Positions 29,390 through 39,376 of a stretch of 64,000 nucleotides of DNA are shown piece after piece (the stretch's first letter is position 1; each line of letters opens with the position of its first letter). The notes below the pieces were generated by a model. It was not told the origin of the DNA. It was given only the letters and a program-made list of their open reading frames with translations, and made no database searches. Source of the DNA: Methanomassiliicoccus sp. (GTDB taxonomy: Archaea; Thermoplasmatota; Thermoplasmata; Methanomassiliicoccales; Methanomassiliicoccaceae). The stretch lies in contig JADFDJ010000010.1 of NCBI GenBank assembly GCA_018262895.1, positions 17,199 to 81,198 on the forward strand, written 5' to 3'. Both the position numbers and the translations under genes were made by a program.

Positions 29390-30271
29390 TCAAAGGGTCA
29401 CCAGCTCGTACTTGCGGCTGCCAAGGCCAATTTCCTTTACATAGCTCAGCTGCACGGTCGGCTCGGTGAATGACCTGAGGCCACGGAACTTGTCCTCCCC
29501 CTCCTCCACATTATTCTCCAGCATTGAACCGGATAGACCAACCTGAGCGTTCACCAGGTCAATGCTTGCCTGATCGATGTCCACGGGATCTGTTGATGCC
29601 AGGAAGCCGATGTCCGGTACGATGGATGCATCGCTCCAGGGGGAGCAGTCGCAGTCAGGGGTGATGTTGGTCAGGAAGCTGATGTAGCTAATACGTCCAT
29701 CATGTACCTTGGTCATACCGTAGGCGAACTCGATCATCCTCTCCATGAAAGGATTGATGGACGATGTCCAGTCGAGCTCGATAGTCCTCTCCTGGCAGAC
29801 CGTCATGCACTCCCCGCAGCCGATCCAGTGGTCCGCGGCCACACTGGCCTTGCCCTGGGGGAGGGAAATGGTCCCCTCCGGACAGATCTCCTCGCAGGAA
29901 CCGCAACAGATGCAGGAGTCATGCTTCACCTCCATGTGGCAGGCATGCTGCCCTTTCTTGCCCACGGTAGTCGCTCCGCCCATGGCCAGGTTCTTGATGG
30001 CCCCGCCGAACCCGGCCATCTCATGGGCCTCGAAGTGGGTCATAACGATCATGCTGTCAGCGTTAATCAGGTCTCTAGCCAGCCTCACAGAGGAAAAGCG
30101 CTTCCTCCCTATCTGTACCTCCTTGACGCCATCGCTGCGGAGGCCGTCGGCGATGATCAGCGGAGCCCCTGTGACCATCAGGACGAGCCCATGCTCTAGC
30201 TCTGTGATGAGATGGTCGACCGTGTTGATTGCAGTGACCCCACTTTTGCCATGCAGCCGTTGTTTCAGCAA
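29390..30271 (-). pseudogene. DUF362 / 2x[4Fe-4S] protein, 5'-truncated and degenerate
   Basis: GAPLIIADGL, FGGAIKNLAMG, CDC and ASTDPVDIDQA present; N-terminus missing; second ferredoxin motif broken (WIGCGECMTVCQ); overlaps the stop of the kinase gene. Confidence 0.7.
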
Positions 30272-32472
30272 ACGCCGAAGCGGTAATGGCCGGGAGGTAC
30301 TGAGATCTCGAACCTCACTCCCTTCCCGGGCTCACCGCTCTCAAGAATGGTCATGCCCGTGAGTGCGAGTATCTCCTTTGAGAGGAACAGGCCGAGACCG
30401 GTGCCACGTCCGAAACCTTTCTCGAAAAGCTTCTCCTTCTCCTCCCTAGATATTCCGGCGCCCTCGTCCTCGTATGTCAATTTGAGGCCGTGGCCGTTCT
30501 CGATCGATCCGATCCTGACCGATAGGGGGCGGCCGCCATACTTTACACTGTTCTCGAAGAGGTTATGGAATACCTTGGGGAACATGGGGTCGGCATAGAT
30601 GGTGAGGTCCTGCAGCTTGCTGTCGACCTCGAGGCTGGAGACGTCCTTTAGATCAGGAAGTTCCCTCAGCACGTCTTCTAGACGTTGCCATCGGGGAGAG
30701 ACCGCGCCTATCTGCTCGTAGTCGCTGGTGAACGCTATCTGCTTCTGGACGGTAAGGATCGAATCCTCCATCCTCCTTAACCTCGCCAGGGCGTCAGGGT
30801 TGTGGATTAGCCCTCTGGTAAGCTCCAGCTGGGCCCTCTGAACAGTAAGCTGGTTGTTTATATCGTGTCTGGTGATGCTGCTCAGGAGGTTGAGCATCTC
30901 GTGGGACCTCCTCAGGTCCTTCTCGGCCTTAATTATCTCGGTGATATCCTGGTTCACCCCGAACACCTTTAGCATTTTGCCGTTACCGTCCTTTATCTGG
31001 CAAGGGAAGATGTTGAAGTGTCTTACCTCGCCGTCCCTTCGGATGACACGATGATCGAAGTGGAGATTGTTGCCCATGTAGTCCGGGGCCATCGCGGCCA
31101 TCTTTTCCACGTGGTCGATATCATCGGGGTGGATGAAGCGGCGATAGTATTCCTCCTTCGACATGGAATATCCTCCCTCCTGTTCAGCGTTGGTGCCGTA
31201 CAGGGCATAGAACCGGTCATTGAAGGTGTACACGTCCGAGAACGGGTCGTATTCCCAGTAGACCAGGAGCGCCAGGTCCATGGCCAAGGTCAGCTGCAGC
31301 TTGCTGGCCTTCAGGTCCTCCTCGACCTGCTTCTTCCCCGTAATGTCGCTGATGACCAATATCGTCAGAGGGGTCTCCTCCGTACCCAGATCGGCCTTGG
31401 TCACGGTAACGTGCGCCCACAGCACACCCCCGTCCTTTTTGAGGTATCTCTTCTCCATCCCGAAGTGGTCGATCCTTCCTGCTTGGAGGTCCTGGAACTG
31501 GTCTGATCCAACGCACTGGTCCTCTGGATGGATCAGCTCGCTGATCTTCAGGTTCATCAGCTCCTCCCGTGAGTACCCGAAGAGCTTGACCGTTTGATCA
31601 TTGAACTCGATGGGGCGTCCCTGCTCGTCCACCGAGACTATCCCCACGGATGCCTCGTTAAAGATGGCCCTCAGCTTGCTCTCGCTCCTGCGGAGAGCGT
31701 CCTCAGCCTTCTTCTTCTCGGTGATGTCCTTGACAAGCCCCACGACCCTCACCGGGTTTCCCTGAGCGTCCCTCTCCAGCTCGGCCACTGACTTTATCAC
31801 CCGCGAGGGGGAGGCGTTGGGCGGTCTGATGGTGAACTCGACATCGTAATAGTTCCCCTTCTCCATGAGATCGGTGAATGCCCTTTCGGCCTTGTCCCAC
31901 TCAGTGACGCATCCCTTGATGGCCTCCAAGGGAACGTCTCCGCTTGGAACGTCCAGGCCGAATACATCCAAACCTTCTTTCGATATCCATATGCTCTTCG
32001 GTTGACCTACCAGATCATATTCCCAGCAGCCGGAGTGCCCAATGGAGTGCGCCTTGCGGAGACGCTGCTCGTTCTTGTTCAGGGCCTTCTCTGCCCGGTA
32101 GCGTCTCACCGCCTCCTTTACCTTGTACTCCAGCTCCACGAACTGGGCGACGGGGTTCCCGCCCTTCTGAAGGTAGAAGTCAGCTCCAGAATTCAATGCC
32201 TCTATGACGACCTCCTCTCGGCCTTTTCCTGTGAACAGGACGAAAGGGATGTTGTTGCCCTGGGAACGCAGCATCTTCAGGAAGTCTATGCCATTGGTCT
32301 CTGGCATGAGGTAGTCAGAGACGATCGCGTCGAACCTTTCCCGCGAGATCATGCTCATGGCAGCATTGGCAGATGAGGCTACGTCCACGTGCAATTGAGC
32401 GGACATCTCCAGGAAGGTCTTACCAATCTCCAGGAGACCTTCTTCATCATCTACGTAGAGGACCTTGATCAT
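30265..32472 (-). CDS. Hybrid sensor histidine kinase (REC-PAS x3-HATPase)
   Basis: VLYVDDE…SDYLMP…QK receiver; PAS/PAC repeats (IHPED, IHPDD); H-box TRHDINNQL; NLFENS, DEGAG, GTGLGL. Confidence 0.93.
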   Translation of the reverse strand: MIKVLYVDDEEGLLEIGKTFLEMSAQLHVDVASSANAAMSMISRERFDAIVSDYLMPETNGIDFLKMLRSQGNNIPFVLFTGKGREEVVIEALNSGADFYLQKGGNPVAQFVELEYKVKEAVRRYRAEKALNKNEQRLRKAHSIGHSGCWEYDLVGQPKSIWISKEGLDVFGLDVPSGDVPLEAIKGCVTEWDKAERAFTDLMEKGNYYDVEFTIRPPNASPSRVIKSVAELERDAQGNPVRVVGLVKDITEKKKAEDALRRSESKLRAIFNEASVGIVSVDEQGRPIEFNDQTVKLFGYSREELMNLKISELIHPEDQCVGSDQFQDLQAGRIDHFGMEKRYLKKDGGVLWAHVTVTKADLGTEETPLTILVISDITGKKQVEEDLKASKLQLTLAMDLALLVYWEYDPFSDVYTFNDRFYALYGTNAEQEGGYSMSKEEYYRRFIHPDDIDHVEKMAAMAPDYMGNNLHFDHRVIRRDGEVRHFNIFPCQIKDGNGKMLKVFGVNQDITEIIKAEKDLRRSHEMLNLLSSITRHDINNQLTVQRAQLELTRGLIHNPDALARLRRMEDSILTVQKQIAFTSDYEQIGAVSPRWQRLEDVLRELPDLKDVSSLEVDSKLQDLTIYADPMFPKVFHNLFENSVKYGGRPLSVRIGSIENGHGLKLTYEDEGAGISREEKEKLFEKGFGRGTGLGLFLSKEILALTGMTILESGEPGKGVRFEISVPPGHYRFGVC

Positions 32473-32715
32473 TCGATCAGATGGGTGAGAGAGATTTTGA
32501 TTAGAATAAATATATATTCTATCTGAAATCAGTATTGATGTTTTAAACCATGGGGCGGGAGCTGACAAATTTCCTTACCCTGTAAAGGGCTGTCGAATCC
32601 TAGGACCGCAACCATATGGCTTTCGAATATCCTTTTATGGTAATAAAGAGAGGACGGCAGCCTATGGCTGCGCTGCGCCGGTTGATCATGGTGATCCTGC
32701 AGAGGATCGCGGGGG

Positions 32716-33414
32716 CTAGATCCTCAAGGTGCCGTCATTGAACCCATCGCCCAGATGGGTCCCATCGCAGAAGGGGTGGATCTTGGACCGTCCACAGCGG
32801 CATAGCGTTGCCCGGTTCCTGATTTCATAGGTGAAGCCGTCCGCGCTCTCGACAGGTATGCCGCCCTTAACCCATAGGGGGCCGCTGATCCTACGTCCCG
32901 GGTCCTGGGTCACGCTTATGAGCCGTTGGAACTGGGGTTCGATCGCCGAGCCCTGCTTATCGTATGCCACCAGTCGTCCGGCCGAGCACTGTCCGATGAT
33001 CTCGATGGCCTTGCTCCCCTTGGAGGGATCGGCGGATCCCTGTACCAGCTTCCATACCCCGCCTGACCTCTGGCAGAACTGAGCACGTGCACAGATATCG
33101 ACCCTGTCACGCATATCAAGTCCAGGGCCGGAGAACAGCTGGGACCGCTCAATGTAATTGTCGCGGGGAGCCTTCTCTCTACCCTCGAACCCTATATCGA
33201 GATGAGTCATATCGCAAAAAGGAGCGTTCTTTGAGCTTCCGCAGCGACAGAGGGAATAGGCCTCCTGCTCCGGATAGTCACGGGTCTTCGACCACTCGGT
33301 AGGCATGCCGTCCTCGCCCCTTAACGTGGTCTCTTCGATCAACGGCACACTTCCCGATACAAGATAGGGGCCGTTCTTGCGTACCTTGATCTTGGCATCA
33401 TCCCTGGCGACCAT
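32716..33414 (-). CDS. CDGSH iron-sulfur protein (two CDGSH motifs flanking a divergent ferredoxin-like module)
   Basis: LCRCGSSKNAPFCDMTH and LCRCGRSKIHPFCDGTH; central CARAQFC…CSAGRL. Confidence 0.9.
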   Translation of the reverse strand: MVARDDAKIKVRKNGPYLVSGSVPLIEETTLRGEDGMPTEWSKTRDYPEQEAYSLCRCGSSKNAPFCDMTHLDIGFEGREKAPRDNYIERSQLFSGPGLDMRDRVDICARAQFCQRSGGVWKLVQGSADPSKGSKAIEIIGQCSAGRLVAYDKQGSAIEPQFQRLISVTQDPGRRISGPLWVKGGIPVESADGFTYEIRNRATLCRCGRSKIHPFCDGTHLGDGFNDGTLRI

Positions 33415-33538
33415 GAACCGACTCCTTGGTGCAGTAATGAAGCATCGAGGATTAGTCATTTGCACCAAAAGGAAGGTAATGTTGAGGAAATGGTTTCAAG
33501 GAGCTGCAAGGTTCCGTTCCTTCTAGCAGGGAACAACC

Positions 33539-35458
33539 TCACCGGAACTTCCAGACCGCCAACAGCGCTATGGTCGTGGTCACCATGGCCGCAGTTACGG
33601 CAAGGACCATGGTCGTCTCGTCTGCCTTGATGATCTCCTTGTCGGCGGAACCGGCTATCGTCATGTTCTCCGAGGAGCTGGTGTTCGCCTCCGTTCCCTG
33701 GGAGAATATGTAGCGCCAGTTGAGCCTGGACTGCAACTTGCTCAAGGTCTCGGTCCATGATGAGCGGTCGGAGGTGACATCTACAGTGCTGTTCGTTGTT
33801 GAGTTCCCGGTATTACCATTCTTATCGGTGTTTACGGGAGGGGTTACGTCTGTCGCAGGATCCATGGTGTTCTGAGACGGCTCCTCTGTATCGTTCGATG
33901 GCACCCCATCGGTGTTGTCGGAGGGAACCTCTTCAGTAGTGTTGGTGGGGACCTCCTCGGTGTCGTTGGTGGGGGACTCCTCGGTCTCATTCTCGTTCGT
34001 CTCAGGGTCCGGCTCCTCTACATCATCCTCCACCGGTACCACTATGGGAGCTGGGGGCTCAGGAACTGTCAATGTGAAGTTCTGATACGCCCTTCTCTGT
34101 TCCGATGCCGAGGCGAGAATGCTCACGTTGTAGGAGCCGGCGTCATCAGGTATGCCTGAGACCAGCCCGGATGACGATATCGACAGGAAAGAGGCATCCG
34201 TAACGAGGGACAGCGTCGATGGAACGGACGTGTTCACCTGATAGGAGTAGGTCGCATTGAAAGTGGCATTGGTCAGGGGGATGGAGATGAATTCGATCTC
34301 CGGGAGCGGATCGCTCTTTACCTCAGGGTCGGGGAGAAGCCCTCCGGTGTAGGGATATCCGGAGGTGCCCGTCAGGACCATGGTCCCTATCATCTGGCCA
34401 CCTGCCGCCCAGATCGTCTGCTCGCCGAACGCCCATCGGGTCAGGGGGTACACGCCGTTGTATCCCAGCTCGCCCCAGTACAGGGGGCTGCCGCAGGCGT
34501 CCGCCCAGGCCTCAGGGTCATTGAACAGGTATGCATTGCTGGCCCCGCTGGCTGAGGCGTAGTAATGGCGGTGTAGGATCTCGAACCCGCAGGTACCCGT
34601 GGCCAGCTTGAAATCGGTCAGCCCCCAGCCGAACATCTTGCCGAGGCCGGCGATGCCCATGGTCCGGGGATGGGTGGAATAGCCCACAGTGGCCGCAGCC
34701 ACGGCCTTGGCCCAGGTGTTGAACCCGGTCTTGCCACCGTTGGTTGACCAGTAGTTGGTGTAGCAGTTGTCATGGTCGGGCTCGTTGAACACGTCGTACA
34801 TGGCGATGGCGTCCTCGCCATCCAGAGCGACCATGGTGTCCCGGATATAAGCGATGTACCGAGCGTAGGCAGTGCTGGAAGTGTCGAACACGGAGCCGGA
34901 TCCGCCATACGCATAGGTCGGGTATTCCTGGGAACCGGCCATCACAAAGCACAGCCAGACGCCATGCTGCTCGGCCTGGGCACAGATGAGCTTGAGCATG
35001 GAGATATATTCATCATGATGGTTCAGCCAGGCCTGGTACTGGATCCTGGATCCCCATGCGTCACCAGCGCCCAGTCTCACCAAGTTGCAATCGTAATATT
35101 CAGTTATGGCGAAGTACTGATGCCAGAACTGCTCGGCGGTCTCGTGATAGGGTATGTACCCCTTGTTGCTGGTGTCTGGCCCATTGAGGTGGGACGTCTT
35201 ACCGGCCGCACCCGTCTCGCCCTCGATATATGCCAGGATGGCGTTCTGCAGGGCAGTGGTCTCCACCACACCGAAAAATTTCTGGGACGTGACCACACCG
35301 TCGATAAGTATCTTCGTACCAGATACGCCGACCCGACCGTAGGTCGTGGTCGTGGTTTCAGCTGAAGCGGAGGGAGTGTCAACTATCACAGAGAATCCAG
35401 GTAGGACCATCGCAGCGATGATCAGCGCTACCGCTAAATGATGTTTATATCTGCTCAC
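33539..35458 (-). CDS. Cell-surface GH5-like (clan GH-A) glycoside hydrolase with Ig-like domain, acidic stalk and C-terminal TM
   Basis: Signal peptide; NLVRL, acid/base VFNEP, HYY, nucleophile WGELG; He_PIG-like LSISSSGLVSGIP; terminal TM plus KFR. Confidence 0.8.
   Translation of the reverse strand: MSRYKHHLAVALIIAAMVLPGFSVIVDTPSASAETTTTTYGRVGVSGTKILIDGVVTSQKFFGVVETTALQNAILAYIEGETGAAGKTSHLNGPDTSNKGYIPYHETAEQFWHQYFAITEYYDCNLVRLGAGDAWGSRIQYQAWLNHHDEYISMLKLICAQAEQHGVWLCFVMAGSQEYPTYAYGGSGSVFDTSSTAYARYIAYIRDTMVALDGEDAIAMYDVFNEPDHDNCYTNYWSTNGGKTGFNTWAKAVAAATVGYSTHPRTMGIAGLGKMFGWGLTDFKLATGTCGFEILHRHYYASASGASNAYLFNDPEAWADACGSPLYWGELGYNGVYPLTRWAFGEQTIWAAGGQMIGTMVLTGTSGYPYTGGLLPDPEVKSDPLPEIEFISIPLTNATFNATYSYQVNTSVPSTLSLVTDASFLSISSSGLVSGIPDDAGSYNVSILASASEQRRAYQNFTLTVPEPPAPIVVPVEDDVEEPDPETNENETEESPTNDTEEVPTNTTEEVPSDNTDGVPSNDTEEPSQNTMDPATDVTPPVNTDKNGNTGNSTTNSTVDVTSDRSSWTETLSKLQSRLNWRYIFSQGTEANTSSSENMTIAGSADKEIIKADETTMVLAVTAAMVTTTIALLAVWKFR
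33875..33991 (-). repeat. Degenerate 24-nt (8-aa) tandem coding repeats in the stalk of the GH5-like protein
   Basis: NETEESPT / NDTEEVPT / NTTEEVPS / DNTDGVPS / NDTEEPS; most carry an N-x-T sequon. Confidence 0.8.
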
Positions 35459-35745
35459 CTATAATCCCTCACGAAGAGTAAAACGTTCACCGGGTTCAAG
35501 GGTACTTGAACGTTTCTTTCTTAAAACCAAAATTTAAATCTATGTATAAATATTTGAAAATATAATAGTAAGCTACGCCCTCTTACCTGAGCGTGATCAC
35601 TTTTCCAGTCCATTCATTTTATAATTATTTGTATTATCTTATTTAATATCCACATGGTCATTGCAACTTTAAAATTTGATAGTATCCTGAACAAGGGAAG
35701 CGTTATCGATATCTCGTGGCCTGCCTGGGGGCGTGAACGTCCGCA

Positions 35746-36129
35746 TTATGGCACCTGGTCCTCGAAACAGGCCCAAGCGCTCTCGTCTTCCCAGATCCTG
35801 ATAGTCAGAGTTCGCTCCCCGATCTCTCCAAGCTTTTCGCGCACCCTCCTCCATATCTCCACAGCCAGGTTCTCCATCGTGGGGGAACGTGATGAGAACT
35901 CCGGGAGGTCGTTGAGGACAATACCGCGGTAGCGGTCCAGCACCGAGCCCAGGACCTCCTTGAGGACGGTGATGTCGATGAGAAAACCGCTTTCGTCAAC
36001 CCGGGCGCCCCGGACGATGACCTCGACCGTATAATCATGATGGTGCTCCTCGCATTCTACGGTAGCGGCCTGTGGCAGATAGTGGCGGGACCTCATGCTC
36101 ATGCTGAGGCCTGTCTCGAACAAGGTCAT
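35746..36129 (-). CDS. 6-pyruvoyl-tetrahydropterin synthase (QueD/PTPS family) paralog
   Basis: RHYL…HHHDYTVEV, GFLID, LND, PTMENLA, IWE. Confidence 0.85.
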   Translation of the reverse strand: MTLFETGLSMSMRSRHYLPQAATVECEEHHHDYTVEVIVRGARVDESGFLIDITVLKEVLGSVLDRYRGIVLNDLPEFSSRSPTMENLAVEIWRRVREKLGEIGERTLTIRIWEDESAWACFEDQVP

Positions 36130-37148
36130 GCCTCCGGATATGTGAGTAAGACCTGCAGGGCCAGGTGGCCGCTCTCATCGAGCAACTGGTAGGCAGCGGA
36201 AGCCTCCATGATGGGGAAGCGGTGGGTGATCAGATGGGATGGGGAGATCGTTCGGATGGTCCTCCATGTTAGCTCGGCCCTCCTCTCCTTGGACCATCTG
36301 CTGGAGAGGTCCCCAGATATCCTGCTCACCTGGCTGCTGATGATCCTCAGTCGCTGTCGGTGGAACTCATCGCCCAGCCGGCATCCCTGTGGATTGGTGC
36401 CGTACCATGAGCCTACGACTATTCTCCCCTCCAGGGCAGCGATGCGGGTGGCGAGCTCCAGACCTTCAGGGGTGCCGCTGAGCTCGATGACGAGGTCGGC
36501 CTTGCTCCCAGCCAGCCCGACATCCTCGAGGAACTGGTGTGGTCCTCCGGAAGGGTCGACGCAAGCCTCCGCCCCCATCATCCGCGAGCGCTCCTGCCTC
36601 AGGGCGTATCTGTCGGCGGCCACAAGGTGCCCCAGGGGCATCCTTGCAAGGATGGCTGTGGTCAGCAGACCTATGACCCCCTGCCCCAGCACCGCCACGT
36701 TCTCGCCCACGATGGGGGCGGCATCCATCGCCAGGGAGAGCGCGGTCTCCACCCCCGGGAATAGGACGGCATCCTCCATGGTCACCCCTGTGGGAACAGG
36801 GCGCACCTCCGGCAGGGGTACTGTGAAGCGGCTCTCGTGGGGTTGGAAGCAGAACACTTCCCTCCCCAACCATCCTGGGGGCACTCCCTCGCCGGCCCGC
36901 TCCACCACGCCCACGGTGGCATAGCCATACTTGAATGGGTATTGGAGCTCTGACCTGATCGACGTGATGGTCTCGTCGAGAGGTGTCCCCTCCCCCACCA
37001 GGCCGCGGTAGAACAGCATCTCCGTCCCCGCGCTGATGGCAGATAGGACGCTGCGAACGGTGACCTCGCCCTCTCCGGGCGAGGGGACCGCCTCCTGCCT
37101 CACCTCCACCCTGCGTGGGGCCGTGTGATACAAAGACCATCGCTCCAT
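36126..37148 (-). CDS. MDR-family (zinc-binding type) dehydrogenase
   Basis: SAISAGTE, GYATVG, Rossmann GQGVIG; ATGA-coupled to the PTPS gene. Confidence 0.85.
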   Translation of the reverse strand: MERWSLYHTAPRRVEVRQEAVPSPGEGEVTVRSVLSAISAGTEMLFYRGLVGEGTPLDETITSIRSELQYPFKYGYATVGVVERAGEGVPPGWLGREVFCFQPHESRFTVPLPEVRPVPTGVTMEDAVLFPGVETALSLAMDAAPIVGENVAVLGQGVIGLLTTAILARMPLGHLVAADRYALRQERSRMMGAEACVDPSGGPHQFLEDVGLAGSKADLVIELSGTPEGLELATRIAALEGRIVVGSWYGTNPQGCRLGDEFHRQRLRIISSQVSRISGDLSSRWSKERRAELTWRTIRTISPSHLITHRFPIMEASAAYQLLDESGHLALQVLLTYPEA

Positions 37149-37289
37149 TGTCCTCGCCAGTTGGTTATGGGCATTCGGCCATCATGATAATATCGCATCG
37201 TATGCGCCTCAGGCAACTTCACAATAGGGCAAGGGCTCGTTCTTCATCCTTTCAGACGGTGCTCCGGATTAGCTATATTACCGGCTTCG

Positions 37290-38195
37290 ATGTTGAGCAT
37301 GTCGAGGCGGAGGAAAGTGAGCGATCGCCAGGTCACAATAGGGCTCATACAGATGAGCATGGCGCAGGACCCTGAGGCCAACGTCAGCAAGGCCGTCCGT
37401 ATGATAAGGGAGGCCGCACGCAGAGGCGCTGAGGTCGTGTGCCTGCCCGAGCTCTTCACAACCCCATACTTCCCTCAGTACGACATCTCTGATGGGCGAG
37501 GCCGGGAGCTCGCCCCTCATGAGGCCATACCTGGTCCCTCTACCGTGGCCCTCTCCAAGGCGGCCGTCGAGTCCGCGGCCATCGTGATAGGTGGGTCCCT
37601 CTACGAGGAGGACGGTGATCGCCTCTTCAACACCTCTCCTGTACTTGATCGGAAGGGGCGCCTTCTGGGCAAGTATCGCAAGACCCACATCCCCCATGAC
37701 GAAAACTTCTTCGAGCAAAGCTTCTTTGACCCCGGCGATACCGGGTTCCAGGTCTTTGGGACCGCTCTTGGCCGCATCGGAGTGCTCATCTGCTATGACC
37801 AGTGGTACCCGGAGGCGGCGCGCTCCGTGGCCCTCATGGGCGCGGAGATGGTGTTCTATCCCACGGCCATCGGGACGGTCCGGGGAATAGAGCAGTGGGA
37901 GGGGGACTGGCAGATGGCCTGGGAGAACGTGATGCGTGGCCATGCCATCGCCAACGGTATGGTGGTGGCGGCCTGCAACCGGGTGGGGAGCGAGGGGAGG
38001 ATGGACTTCTGGGGAGGGAGCTTCGTGATCGATGCCTTCGGCAAGACCCTTTCCCGGGGCTCCTCCGAGGAGGAGATAATCCTCGCCGATGTTGACCTGG
38101 AGCACGGTGAGAACGTCCGCCAGGGCTGGAGGTTCTTCCCCAACCGCCGGCCCGAATGCTACGGCAAGCTCACGGAACCCTTGAAGAGGGAATGA
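37290..38195 (+). CDS. aguB: N-carbamoylputrescine amidase (carbon-nitrogen hydrolase)
   Basis: E-K-C triad PELF / YRKTHIP / ICYDQWYPE; YPTAIG; adjacent to agmatine deiminase; start uncertain. Confidence 0.88.
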   Translation: MLSMSRRRKVSDRQVTIGLIQMSMAQDPEANVSKAVRMIREAARRGAEVVCLPELFTTPYFPQYDISDGRGRELAPHEAIPGPSTVALSKAAVESAAIVIGGSLYEEDGDRLFNTSPVLDRKGRLLGKYRKTHIPHDENFFEQSFFDPGDTGFQVFGTALGRIGVLICYDQWYPEAARSVALMGAEMVFYPTAIGTVRGIEQWEGDWQMAWENVMRGHAIANGMVVAACNRVGSEGRMDFWGGSFVIDAFGKTLSRGSSEEEIILADVDLEHGENVRQGWRFFPNRRPECYGKLTEPLKRE

Positions 38196-38211
38196 TCTAG
38201 GAGGATGCATC

Positions 38212-39294
38212 ATGGAAAAGACGACCCCTAGGAACCTGGACTACTACATGCCCCCTGAATGGGCCAAGCACGAAGCTACCTGGCTCTCCTGGCCAAAGAA
38301 CCCCTTGACCTTCCCCGGTGACGTGCTGCAAGGGGTCGAGGACACCTACGTCCAGATGATCGCCGCCCTCAGCACGGGGGAGAAGGTCAAGCTCCTTGTG
38401 AACGATGAGCTGATGGAGGAGCGGGCACGCAAGCGTCTGAAAGGGGGGGACGTGAACATGGAGAACGTGCTGTTCCTGCGCATCCCCAGCGCCGACGTGT
38501 GGATCCGAGACTACGGGCCCACCTTCCTTCTGAACCAGAAGCGCCCGTGGAAGGCTGGGGTGAAGTGGAGGTTCAACGCCTGGGGCGGGAAGTACGATGA
38601 TCTCATCTACGACGACCGGACGGGAGAGGACATCGTTCTGAGCGCCCGGGTCAAGGTCTTCCGTCCCGGGATCGTCATGGAGGGCGGGTCCATAGATGTG
38701 AACGGACGGGGAGTGGTGCTCACCACCGAGCAGTGCCTCCTCAACCCCAACCGCAACCCGCATCTCTCCAGGGAGGACATAGAGACCTACCTGGAACAGT
38801 ACCTCAACATCAACCAGGTGGTGTGGCTGAGATCAGGTATAGAGGGCGATGATACCGATGGTCACGTCGACGACTTCGCCCGCTTCGTGGGACCGGAGAC
38901 GGTTGTGTGCGCCCATTCCGAGACGGGCGGTGGGCATAACCCTCAAGTGCTCAAGGCCAACCTAGACATCCTCACCGACTACCGCGATCAGTACGGGCGG
39001 CCGCTAGAGGTGCTGACGCTCCCCATGCCTGAGCCCATACCCCTTCCTGAGGAGGAGCGGGTGCTGCCAGCCAGCTACGCCAACTTCTACATCGGCAACG
39101 ACGTTGTGCTCGTACCGGTGTTCGACGATCCCCACGACCAGGAGGCGGTCAGACTGCTGGAGCGATGCTTTCCCGGGCGCAGGACGGTGCCCATACAGGC
39201 CCGTGACCTGGTGTACGGTTACGGCGGGTTCCACTGTGCCACCCAGCAGGAACCGGCCGTTGACCACAAGCTCTTCGAGGGCCAGCTGAAGTGA
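38212..39294 (+). CDS. aguA: Agmatine deiminase
   Basis: MPPEW, WIRDYGP, FNAWGGKY, EGGSI, DDTDGHVD, GGFHCATQQ. Confidence 0.95.
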   Translation: MEKTTPRNLDYYMPPEWAKHEATWLSWPKNPLTFPGDVLQGVEDTYVQMIAALSTGEKVKLLVNDELMEERARKRLKGGDVNMENVLFLRIPSADVWIRDYGPTFLLNQKRPWKAGVKWRFNAWGGKYDDLIYDDRTGEDIVLSARVKVFRPGIVMEGGSIDVNGRGVVLTTEQCLLNPNRNPHLSREDIETYLEQYLNINQVVWLRSGIEGDDTDGHVDDFARFVGPETVVCAHSETGGGHNPQVLKANLDILTDYRDQYGRPLEVLTLPMPEPIPLPEEERVLPASYANFYIGNDVVLVPVFDDPHDQEAVRLLERCFPGRRTVPIQARDLVYGYGGFHCATQQEPAVDHKLFEGQLK

Positions 39295-39376
39295 TCGATT
39301 CACCTCGATAGAAGGGGCCTCGGGGACCGTTCGCTCCAGAAGGCAGCGGGCTTCGGGCGGACCGCCCCCGGACGAT

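Noticed and set aside
32585..32615. GTCGAATCC…GCAACCA resembling a tRNA 3' end or att site
   Set aside because: No T-stem pairing and no match to either tRNA in the window.
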